The position numbers and the translations under genes are program-made. 64,000 nt of DNA, taken from assembly GCA_044440125.1 (NCBI GenBank), contig JBITAJ010000003.1:64001-128000 (forward strand). Reading direction: 5' to 3'. Of this stretch, positions 41,601-49,659 are shown in pieces. The notes under the pieces were generated by a model, which made no database searches, was not told where the DNA came from, and saw nothing but the letters and a program-made list of their open reading frames with translations. This stretch comes from Sedimentisphaeraceae bacterium JB056 (GTDB lineage: Bacteria > Planctomycetota > Phycisphaerae > Sedimentisphaerales > Sedimentisphaeraceae). Each line of letters begins with the position of its first letter. Position 1 is the first letter of the stretch.

Positions 41601-42413
41601 TTGCTCTATTCAAAAACCTCTGCATTACGCAGTCCATCTTACGAGACTGCCATATCGAATACTTTTGACGTTTTGAAAGAAATGGGCTTGCAAACGGCAG
41701 TAATAACGGAACAAACCATCACCGAAGGCAGTGTGCTTTCAACAGTTCCATCAATAAAGGCTATAATATTGCCAGGTTGCGATTATCTTCCCGATAACGT
41801 ACACGACATAGCCGTAAGTCTTGCCCAGGCTAACAGTATAAGCCTGCTGGGAATCGGAAGTGATATCGCAAAATACAACGAATACTGCTTTTTACGATCA
41901 GAAATATTCCCATCAACGGATTATAACCAAATAACCGATAGCACGCTGAACTCGCTTCAGACATCACTGCCTCAACACTTGGAAAGCCTGGATATCTCAA
42001 CTGATATTACTCCGGAAACTATCAATGGGACAAGATCTTTCGGCTTATACTACAATACAGCAAAGATAGACGGCAAAGATTACATAACCGCTGTAAATAC
42101 GACTCCAAGCACAAAAGAGATTATCTGGAAAGATGCTGACGGTAATCCAGTGGCAATCATTGATGCGATCAATCTGGTTCCAGAGACGACATCTGCGATA
42201 AATGAATACGAGCCGCTTGAAGTTATTTACGGACAGATGGTAAAAGCCGGAGACTCCAACGGAGACACATTCGTTGACATGCAGGATTTTGCAATTATTG
42301 CTAAGAACTGGCACGCTGACGGTAAAAACTGGCAAACAGGTGACTACAGCGGTGACGGATATGTTGATTCAGAAGATTTAATATTGTTCGCAGCTAACTG
42401 GTACAGTGAATAA
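38661..42413 (+). CDS. Secreted modular enzyme: two LamG domains, GH42-like domain and dockerin-like tail
   Basis: GAGG RBS; signal peptide; MNEP and NSENH; catalytic part closely resembles the 28364 protein; GDSNGDTFVD..GDYSGDGYVD..NW. Confidence 0.8.
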   Translation: MKFFGWLVLFLLSVHSVIFGNTIAFYDFEEGSDGTGGTGTAPAQTGWVSDSAGDNHGTPYIYGDKPYYIKSQESNLALSFGVAKNAIQFNNSSVFQWPENSSRTIEFFIRRDGNGSDGSTTEFIMSKGYASSGGWQIYFYRTAKTIRFQAQSAVMESTTSFEDTVWHHVAITHEANSETYELYVDYEKEAEITGYSSGSVTSAAFFVGRGYGWQELRVFNGAIDNIRISDQNLSPEQFQQLNTDLLLSFEEGTDGSGTQGQAPSDAGWIVSTYNPAIASATASPGGEGPIYSHYNETQLCMEFTGNTADYITIPDSDIIDISEEENITIELYFKVLNENFVSSPLNWLMCKGFTDSSSNGWGIYWNESDDKITFNISGQSVTSQTTINDGYWYHFAITHEASTGIYNLYIDHQFQGRIESSYSGSLNSEDLIIGRGWDWQYNRDFIGSIDEFKISSEVYNEQQFMPLPVKQIDLTTRVSNLNKLAEKLETAGQLDYYGNMRNKLVQKFLPYIETLNQDGNTELADYAEADIERITTEETSRLGAILNGELPQTYTPRRVADQMPVHTNGHLQQQVQWPDNTTETRPVFLYGFCAEQQNFRPDAEFIGNDLGCNYLQVFTGPRYVMPDESMWDTDNPSQSTLDAGVIGSYQSAIADAYNNGIITDLNISPHWIQNWFIDNHPEYYADLGGFMKYTLNQAEVKEIIGWSSRLLIEELSTQTGLWSCCIMNEPCYFRWTDDPDTSSLWTNYLQNFYSNNIATANSNWGKSYSSWTNITQYLYPPSTPYPAYPELYDWMKFNDTRIRDWALWLQTYVKAANSSLYTHIKQNNRFYTQFNVMQGSDIDLLSKCTDLPGTDVGLYSWNPSSPSNTELYGVSSTLPMTTQRTVTGRPIINSENHILRDNNSEPIEQGHVRASMWLQALSGMDAMSAWIWGYDPTDELSTGLWKNRPGATEELARTGMDLMRLMPQIVEFREKPAEVALLYSKTSALRSPSYETAISNTFDVLKEMGLQTAVITEQTITEGSVLSTVPSIKAIILPGCDYLPDNVHDIAVSLAQANSISLLGIGSDIAKYNEYCFLRSEIFPSTDYNQITDSTLNSLQTSLPQHLESLDISTDITPETINGTRSFGLYYNTAKIDGKDYITAVNTTPSTKEIIWKDADGNPVAIIDAINLVPETTSAINEYEPLEVIYGQMVKAGDSNGDTFVDMQDFAIIAKNWHADGKNWQTGDYSGDGYVDSEDLILFAANWYSE
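39049..39241 (+). repeat. 193-bp inverted repeat, copy 2
   Basis: 184 of 193 positions identical to the reverse complement of 36952-37144. Confidence 0.9.
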
Positions 42414-42538
42414 CTGAAACCACATTTCCCGATAAAACAGAAAGAAATAAGGCAAGGATGCAACCTGGCATTGCAGTAGCAGTGCTGACTCTTGCTATGT
42501 CAAAATATATGGAGAGTCGATATTTCAAAACAGATAAA

Positions 42539-42566
42539 TTGATCACTATGATCAGAATGTTATAAT
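42539..42566 (+). promoter_or_regulatory. Promoter of the 42600 gene
   Basis: TTGATC-N16-TATAAT with extended TG; TGATCA-CTA-TGATCA overlaps the -35 and spacer. Confidence 0.55.
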
Positions 42567-42599
42567 TTAATTTACATTAAAGTTGTTAAGAGGTTAGAA

Positions 42600-45500
42600 A
42601 TGAAATTAATGTTGAAATTGTTATTGGTAACAATATGTTGTATTACTTTTGCGGATGCTCAGCAATATCCCAAGCCAGAGCAGCTCAAAAAAGAATACGA
42701 ATCACTTGCAGAACTCTCTGATCGCGCGGCATCACAAGGCAAACTCGATCAATACGGAGTGATGCGAAAGATGCTTCTGGAAAGATTTATTGAGTATCTT
42801 CCAAATGACATAGAACAATACCCTGAATTATCAAGTTATGCAGCAAGGGATATACAAAAAATAATAGAAGATGAGAATCAGAGACTAAGAGACATCCTGC
42901 TGGATAAATACGAACCAGTCAAAACAGTCAAAAGAATACCAACAGAAAAGCCTGAAATATCAGACGGTCATTTTGAACAGACTGTAGAGTGGAGTGATGG
43001 AACTATAGAAAAAGACCGCCCTGTTTACATGTTCGGATTCGGTCATTTCCATAACATGAGAAACGATATTGAATGGCTCGGCAAACTTGGAATCAACTAC
43101 TGCGAAACAGAAATTGGACCAAGAGAGTCGCTAAAAAGCGAAACTGAAGTAAACGAAGATATGATAAAATACTACAGAAGTTTTGTTAATAAAGCATACG
43201 ACTCCGGCGTATTGGTCGACCTGCTTCTTTCCCCACACTACACACCAGGATGGGCCAAAGAAAAATATCCTGAGCTTTACCCGCACCTCGGAGGATTCCT
43301 CAGAATAAACATGTACAACCCGATCGTCAACAAAATAGTTGATAGACATATAGACAAGACACTGGGCATAATAGGCAAAGAGCCGGGTCTATGGACTATA
43401 TGTGCTTCAAATGAGCCTGTCGCGTTCCTATGGAGTAACGTCCCTGAAATGAAAGGTATGTGGCTAAGATACCTGAAAGACCAATACGGCAGTCTTGATA
43501 ATATCAACAAAAAATGGCAGACAGAATACAAAACATGGCAAGAAATACCGGCATATCTCACTCCTCCTTCTCGACCGTTTCCAGAAGAACCTGCCCTGTT
43601 TGATTGGATGAGATTCAATGATTCCAGCTTCGCCGCATGGCACGGATCGCTCGAGGAAGAGATAGACAGCGTATTAGATAAAAACAACTATGAAAAACGT
43701 CCTGTTCAAATTAAAATGATAGAACGTTCTTTCAGACAATACGATCTCATGCAAGGCGGAGATCCATACGAATTCGGAAAGTACTTCGACCTCAACGGCA
43801 TGGATGGCGGCAGTTATCCTTTTAAGGTTGATTCAGATGAAAAGATGGCATTAGGTATCCGTGGTGCAACTCTCAAAAACATTCTCCTTAGAAGTATAAA
43901 CAAACTGCCTGTCGTTAATACAGAAAATCACCTGCTTCGTGACAGATACACCAATGACATTCTTCCCGGTCATATAAGGGCAAGTATGTGGCTCCAGCTT
44001 CTTACTGGGCAGCACGGTTCAGTTGCATGGGCATGGGAACGAAGAGACAAAGAGAAAAGCAATATATTTAAGGGACTCTTTCAATACAGACCTCTTCAGA
44101 CAGAAGAATATATGCGAACAGGATTTGATGCAATGCGTCTGATGCCTTACATAACGGCAATTGCAGACTCTGAGCCTCAAATAGGTATACTCTACTCAAG
44201 AGCTTCATTACTTCGAAATGTAGAGGCTAAAGACGAATTGATGAACTGTATAGACGCAGTATATGAACTTGGTATTCCATTCGCATTGATACCGGAACAG
44301 ATGTTCGAAAATAACGAAATAGAAGCAAAACTTCCTGAAGTTAAAACAGTAATACTCGCAGGAGCAACTCACATAACCGATAAAGCAATGACCGGACTTG
44401 ACTATTACCTTAAAATGGGATTCCATGCTAATGAAGCATCTGCAATTGTCATAGGTGATAATATTGCTAAATACAATGAATACTGTCAACAGCGAAGAAA
44501 TGACATATTCAATGACACTGCTGTAATATCTATGTTCATAGATGAAAAAGAAGCTCATGAGCTCAAAAACGACCTGCGTAAAACTCTAAGTTCGATCGAT
44601 ATCTACCCTGAATACCAACTGGTATATGCAGACACACAGGAACCTGTAGAAGGCATGTTCTGGAGAACAGCAAAACTCGACGGCAAGCTCGCTGCATCAG
44701 TTGTAAATGCTACAAGGGAAACAGTAAAATGTATGTGGATAGATGCTGAAGGAAATAAAATGAGCTTCAAAGACGAAAGCTCTCTATCCGGCGTCAAAAC
44801 TTCTACTGTCATTACAATTGAACCGCTTGGAATAAACTGCGGCACTATTTCTGAAGCAAAAGATACTAAAATTAATGCAAAGATAAATCAAGAACCAACG
44901 TTCATGAACAATGAATACCTTGATGCCATACCCGGCAAATACAACCCAGAACTCCATCTTGTAGGCCTCGAATGGCATGGCCCCGGCTACCACTCAATGG
45001 TTCCAAACGGAACATGGGTTCACCGAGCTATCACATCACTAAACTATGCTCTATACCTTTACAAGACAGATATACCTGGAAACATAGAAGAGGCAAATAA
45101 AATAGTAGCCAAAGTAATATCCCTTCAGGACACAGACCCTATGAACAAAACGTTCGGCATATGGTCATGGCTTTACGAAGAGCCTCTAAGTGAAATGAAC
45201 CCACCAGACTGGAACCTCGCTGACTTCTGCGGAAAATGTCTCTGTGAAATATATATTCTTCACAATGAATATCTCCCAGACGAACTTTCAAAAGAAATAA
45301 AGACATCTATCTATAATGCGGCAATGTCTATATTCCGTAGAAATGTCGGACCTGAGTATACCAACATAGCGATTCAGGGTTCAGGAGTTTGTATCTGCGC
45401 AAGCGAGATTCTCGGAAACGAGTTTTTCTACGATTACGGTTTAGAAAAGCTTACAGCAGTTTTCGAGCGAGCAAAAGGACTTGGCGCTTACGATGAATAT

Positions 45501-46580
45501 AACAGTCCTAATTACACCGCATTTGTCCTGACTCTGTGCGAAGATTATAAAAAATTATTCACCACCCCTGAGGCACTTGACGTACTTGAAAACCTGAGAG
45601 TTTTTACATGGCATGATATCGCAAGTCATTATCATCCAGGAACAAATCAATGGGCAGGTCCATTCGCAAGAACATATTCAGACCGAATGAATCCTTCAAA
45701 TGCAGCCTGGATTTCTAAGGTAACCGGATTAGATATTAGACCGCACTATTCATTTACACACACTAAAGTAGCTAAAGATGCAAAATCCAACCTGAAATGT
45801 CCGGAAGAACATAAATCACTTTTCAAAGAGCTCCCATCAGACGAAGTTCTTATAAAGGGACAAAGCAGACGTGCAAGAATTGATGGAATACCTGTATCAC
45901 TTACAACATGGATGGTTGAGGATCTTTGTTTCGGTACTTGTGAGCGTGATAATATGTGGACTCAGAGAAGACCATTCCTTGCATACTGGAAAAGCGATAT
46001 TGAGCCTGCAGTATATCTTAAGGCAAGATTCATGAAGAATGATTATGATTTTGCGTCAATGATTATACACAACGCTCAGGATAGAAATAAGGCATTGACT
46101 TGCTTCTCACCTGTAACAGACAGATCGGATAAGCACGACACTCTTTACAGACCAGAAGACGGCGTATTCAAAACCACAGATATGAGAGCAAGATTTGAGA
46201 TCAACGGCAGAGGCGTAAAAGCTGAGAAAATCAATAACTCTACCTTCCGTCTTTATGACGATGCTTATCAGGCTGTATTCCATGTCAGTGATTCTTATTT
46301 TGCTGGCAAGAAAGTAAAATGGGAAGTCGGCCACGATGAAAACAACACAGCATACCTTGATGCAGTTTGCTATGAAGGCAAAGAAACTGGATTTGATTTC
46401 GACAATCTCAAAGACACATACTTAGTATGTTCTGTTGAAATAATCAAGTCTGACGACAAGCCGGAAATTAAGAGCGGCCCTGTTGTTGAAAATAACAATG
46501 GAGAAATAACCGCTGAATGGCAGACAAAAGACCAGAATCTTAAAATCGAATTCCCAGGATACTGCGTAAAATATTATTGA
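42600..46580 (+). CDS. Secreted bimodular protein: GH42-like domain plus uncharacterised helical lyase-like module
   Basis: Signal peptide; SPHY, SNEP, NTENH and IGILYS; second half has DWNLADF, YTNIA, EYNSPNY and AGPFARTY. Confidence 0.65.
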   Translation: MKLMLKLLLVTICCITFADAQQYPKPEQLKKEYESLAELSDRAASQGKLDQYGVMRKMLLERFIEYLPNDIEQYPELSSYAARDIQKIIEDENQRLRDILLDKYEPVKTVKRIPTEKPEISDGHFEQTVEWSDGTIEKDRPVYMFGFGHFHNMRNDIEWLGKLGINYCETEIGPRESLKSETEVNEDMIKYYRSFVNKAYDSGVLVDLLLSPHYTPGWAKEKYPELYPHLGGFLRINMYNPIVNKIVDRHIDKTLGIIGKEPGLWTICASNEPVAFLWSNVPEMKGMWLRYLKDQYGSLDNINKKWQTEYKTWQEIPAYLTPPSRPFPEEPALFDWMRFNDSSFAAWHGSLEEEIDSVLDKNNYEKRPVQIKMIERSFRQYDLMQGGDPYEFGKYFDLNGMDGGSYPFKVDSDEKMALGIRGATLKNILLRSINKLPVVNTENHLLRDRYTNDILPGHIRASMWLQLLTGQHGSVAWAWERRDKEKSNIFKGLFQYRPLQTEEYMRTGFDAMRLMPYITAIADSEPQIGILYSRASLLRNVEAKDELMNCIDAVYELGIPFALIPEQMFENNEIEAKLPEVKTVILAGATHITDKAMTGLDYYLKMGFHANEASAIVIGDNIAKYNEYCQQRRNDIFNDTAVISMFIDEKEAHELKNDLRKTLSSIDIYPEYQLVYADTQEPVEGMFWRTAKLDGKLAASVVNATRETVKCMWIDAEGNKMSFKDESSLSGVKTSTVITIEPLGINCGTISEAKDTKINAKINQEPTFMNNEYLDAIPGKYNPELHLVGLEWHGPGYHSMVPNGTWVHRAITSLNYALYLYKTDIPGNIEEANKIVAKVISLQDTDPMNKTFGIWSWLYEEPLSEMNPPDWNLADFCGKCLCEIYILHNEYLPDELSKEIKTSIYNAAMSIFRRNVGPEYTNIAIQGSGVCICASEILGNEFFYDYGLEKLTAVFERAKGLGAYDEYNSPNYTAFVLTLCEDYKKLFTTPEALDVLENLRVFTWHDIASHYHPGTNQWAGPFARTYSDRMNPSNAAWISKVTGLDIRPHYSFTHTKVAKDAKSNLKCPEEHKSLFKELPSDEVLIKGQSRRARIDGIPVSLTTWMVEDLCFGTCERDNMWTQRRPFLAYWKSDIEPAVYLKARFMKNDYDFASMIIHNAQDRNKALTCFSPVTDRSDKHDTLYRPEDGVFKTTDMRARFEINGRGVKAEKINNSTFRLYDDAYQAVFHVSDSYFAGKKVKWEVGHDENNTAYLDAVCYEGKETGFDFDNLKDTYLVCSVEIIKSDDKPEIKSGPVVENNNGEITAEWQTKDQNLKIEFPGYCVKYY

Positions 46581-46631
46581 TTCTTATTAGTGCAGAAAAC
46601 ACTCAAGAATCAGATCGTAATAGCTTTTTGC

Positions 46632-46668
46632 TTTACTGCTGGCCCAAAATAAGCGGGCCAGCAGTAAA
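46632..46668. terminator. Strong hairpin between convergent genes
   Basis: TTTACTGCTGGCCC / GGGCCAGCAGTAAA perfect 14-bp inverted repeat; no clear U-tract on either strand. Confidence 0.55.
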
Positions 46669-46725
46669 TATAAGAACGATATTCTCAAGTTTGCCCGCAA
46701 CAGTACCAAGATCAACTTAAGTGTT

Positions 46726-48468
46726 TCAAGGAGCAAACACTGCGATATTAAGCGATGCTGTATCGGAGCCACCATTACTGTCTGTAACCTGTACCTCAAA
46801 CGTATTCAGACCAACATCACTGGAAGAAGGCGTACCTGAAAGTCCGCCATTTGAAGCAACGCTAAGCCAGGCAGGACCTGATATCTTTGAAAAAGTCAGA
46901 GTATCGTCTTCATAATCTTCGGCATCATCTGCCAAAGTAGAACTGTACGCCTGACCATAAGTTGCGTCAGTCTCATTAATATAGCCTGTTGCTATCTCAT
47001 CAGCAGGCATATCCGCAGACGCCAAATCCCAAACCTCTTCAGGACTGATAACAGTATCAAAAACTGCAAAATCATCGACAACACCATCATAGTGATAAGT
47101 CCCCCCAGCCCTATTACATAATCCAAACCTGAAGCCTCCCTGCAGATACTGCATGCTGCTATCAGAATCAACCTCATAACCATTAATATAGAGCTTCCCT
47201 GTGCCGGTATAAGTACCCGTCCCTGATGTAACCTCGTAAGTATAGGCAATATGATTCCACTGATACTGAACAATAACTTCATCTGAAATAAGCGTCCCAC
47301 CAGTTCCGCCATAAGTGCTAACTCTCCAATTACTGCCGGATGTATACAGTGCATACCCCCCTGTCAGAGAAGCCGGCATCGATAAAGCCATAAATGAGCT
47401 CGGCGCATGAGATGATGCCCAGAAAACAACACTGTGAGATCCATCAGGGTATATCGCCGGAGAGGTATCAGAAAGCTTAATATCATAACCATTGGTCGGA
47501 TTAAAATTACCCGAACCACCCCATATTCCATTAGAATAATATGCTGGCGAAGTAGTGTAATTAGTCAATAAATCATTGCCGTTTCCTGAATCATCAGAGG
47601 CTAAGTCAGAAGAATCATCAAAACTATAATAAGCAGAAGGACTTAAAAAATCATTACTGATAAAATACGGCGAATAATTTTCACCATCTGCGGGGTCAAC
47701 ATCTGATAAACTTGTGCCATAGGCAACAGCATCATGGTAAACAATACGTTCATCAGAATCGGTGGCAGATGTATCCCATGTACTTTTATAAACACCCCAC
47801 TTAAAGTAGCCTTCATTCTGATTTATAAGATTCAGTCCAGAATAATTAACAACTTGAGTATAAGAAGGATTCTGTGCTTCCTTATACCATAATTGTGTAA
47901 TACCGGTATTACCAGATTCCCACTCAGGTACAACTCGCAAGACAAAATCATACCACTTACCTGTCTCATACGGACATAAATCAACAAAAACAGATTCATC
48001 AACTACGTTATCACCATTACCACTATCATCATATTGATAATGGGCAACAAGTTTACCCTCATCAGATAAAACAGAAAAGAAAGGACCTGCACTGAATTGT
48101 TTTATCTGAAACAAAACATCAGAATTGGTATCATACTGATAACCAGGTACAAGGAGCAGGGAAAAACCAAACCACCTCTCAACTCCCGGCACTATCGCAT
48201 TTGGAGTAAGAGACATAGCATCGCTTTCCGCCCTTGAGCCAAATGCTGTCTGATCGCCATAAACAAGCCTTGTCTTCAATGACCATGAACCTATTCTGGC
48301 ATAATCCTGACTCGCCTGTATTCTGTCGGAATAGGCTTCCACAACACCTATAAGTGAATTATTATCATCATCATAGCCAGTCTCATAACCTGCTTCAAGA
48401 AGTACAGATGCACTTGCGCAACTGTAAATGAACAAAAACACCAATAGACTTACACTTACTTTAACCAT
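46726..48468 (-). CDS. Jelly-roll polysaccharide-lyase-like domain + LamG + Ig/cadherin-like domain
   Basis: AGGAG RBS; RAE, WFGFS, FQIKQ, GKWYDF and YFKWGVYK; LamG; GPAWLSV..G.LSGTP..F.VQVTD. Confidence 0.7.
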   Translation of the reverse strand: MVKVSVSLLVFLFIYSCASASVLLEAGYETGYDDDNNSLIGVVEAYSDRIQASQDYARIGSWSLKTRLVYGDQTAFGSRAESDAMSLTPNAIVPGVERWFGFSLLLVPGYQYDTNSDVLFQIKQFSAGPFFSVLSDEGKLVAHYQYDDSGNGDNVVDESVFVDLCPYETGKWYDFVLRVVPEWESGNTGITQLWYKEAQNPSYTQVVNYSGLNLINQNEGYFKWGVYKSTWDTSATDSDERIVYHDAVAYGTSLSDVDPADGENYSPYFISNDFLSPSAYYSFDDSSDLASDDSGNGNDLLTNYTTSPAYYSNGIWGGSGNFNPTNGYDIKLSDTSPAIYPDGSHSVVFWASSHAPSSFMALSMPASLTGGYALYTSGSNWRVSTYGGTGGTLISDEVIVQYQWNHIAYTYEVTSGTGTYTGTGKLYINGYEVDSDSSMQYLQGGFRFGLCNRAGGTYHYDGVVDDFAVFDTVISPEEVWDLASADMPADEIATGYINETDATYGQAYSSTLADDAEDYEDDTLTFSKISGPAWLSVASNGGLSGTPSSSDVGLNTFEVQVTDSNGGSDTASLNIAVFAP

Positions 48469-48572
48469 AACAAATCTCCTGTAAAAATATTAATAATAGG
48501 TAAATATTCAAAATTTCATCAAAAACACTATTGTTTTAGCAAAACTTCTCTACCTTCAAATAGTCATTTAAA

Positions 48573-49607
48573 TCAACAATCTCTGCACCCCTCAATGATC
48601 TCTATTAATCTTCTTGACTCTTCAATACCAACAAAAGGTTTCTGATTGCAGGCGAAATATTCGTAACATTTTTGATAATAATCAACAGGTTCAAAATCAG
48701 AGAGTCTGAATTCCTGAAGCCGCCACGGTATCTTTTCTCCATTAGTGTAACATCTGCCCTCTGCTGCAAGTTCTTTATTTATAGAAACGTTCTTTAGTTC
48801 TTCAGGCATAAAGTATTTAACTCGCCAAACATTTGAACTCTCATCAAGCACAGCACTGCCGCAACTTCCTAAAACCATCCACGGACGCATCTCAAAGGCT
48901 GCAGCCATATTTATATCGATATCAAGAATTATGCCGTCTGATGTTTCGAAAACAACCTTAACAACATCATCGGCATCTCCAAGACATGCTATGTTTTTAG
49001 TAATACATTGCGTTGAAACAATATTGCTTCCAGCAAGATAAAGTAGTTGATCTATGTAGTGTGCCCCATAATTATTCAGCATTCCGCCTCCATTAGACAA
49101 AAATGCCTGCCAATCATTACGTCGTCTGAATTCACTGCAGGCTCGCTTTATCATGTATATATCGCCAAGAACTCCTGATGATATTATATGCTGAAGCCCC
49201 ACCATATCACTGAAACCTCTATGAGGCTGATATGCCATAAATTTACGATTCAATCGTTTTTGAGCACCAATAATCTGATCTATCTCTTTTGTAGAAGGGG
49301 CTACAGGTTTTTCACAGAAAACATCACTGCCATGTTCAAATGCCTCGATGGCCTGTTTACAATGAAACTTTGTAGGAGAAGCAATAACAACCAAATCAGG
49401 CTTTTCAGTCCTAAGCATTTCGCTGTAATCAACATAGCCTTTGACAGTGAAAGTTTCCCGGGCTTCCAGAAGTCGTTCTTTCAAAGGATCAACAACAGCA
49501 ACAAGCTTGAAGCTGTTATTTGATATTATTTGCGGCAAATGATATTGCCATCCGATTCTGCCTAAACCAACCACTGCCGTCCTTAGCTGTCTATTATCAT
49601 GCTGCAT
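48573..49607 (-). CDS. Gfo/Idh/MocA-family oxidoreductase
   Basis: VVGLGRIG, IASP..H, CEKP and GGMLNNYGAHYID motifs. Confidence 0.9.
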   Translation of the reverse strand: MQHDNRQLRTAVVGLGRIGWQYHLPQIISNNSFKLVAVVDPLKERLLEARETFTVKGYVDYSEMLRTEKPDLVVIASPTKFHCKQAIEAFEHGSDVFCEKPVAPSTKEIDQIIGAQKRLNRKFMAYQPHRGFSDMVGLQHIISSGVLGDIYMIKRACSEFRRRNDWQAFLSNGGGMLNNYGAHYIDQLLYLAGSNIVSTQCITKNIACLGDADDVVKVVFETSDGIILDIDINMAAAFEMRPWMVLGSCGSAVLDESSNVWRVKYFMPEELKNVSINKELAAEGRCYTNGEKIPWRLQEFRLSDFEPVDYYQKCYEYFACNQKPFVGIEESRRLIEIIEGCRDC

Positions 49608-49659
49608 ATTTTTCTCTGATTCTCATAAAGTTATTTATCTGTAAAAATCAAGTTTTTAC

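Noticed and set aside
28364..42413. Classical cellulosome
   Set aside because: No cohesin or scaffoldin and no cellulase families recognised; two of the three tails in this block are single repeats
42450..42500. Possible structured RNA (GCATTGC-AGTA-GCAGTGC hairpin)
   Set aside because: Short stem, no U-tract and no riboswitch or ncRNA signature that I recognise
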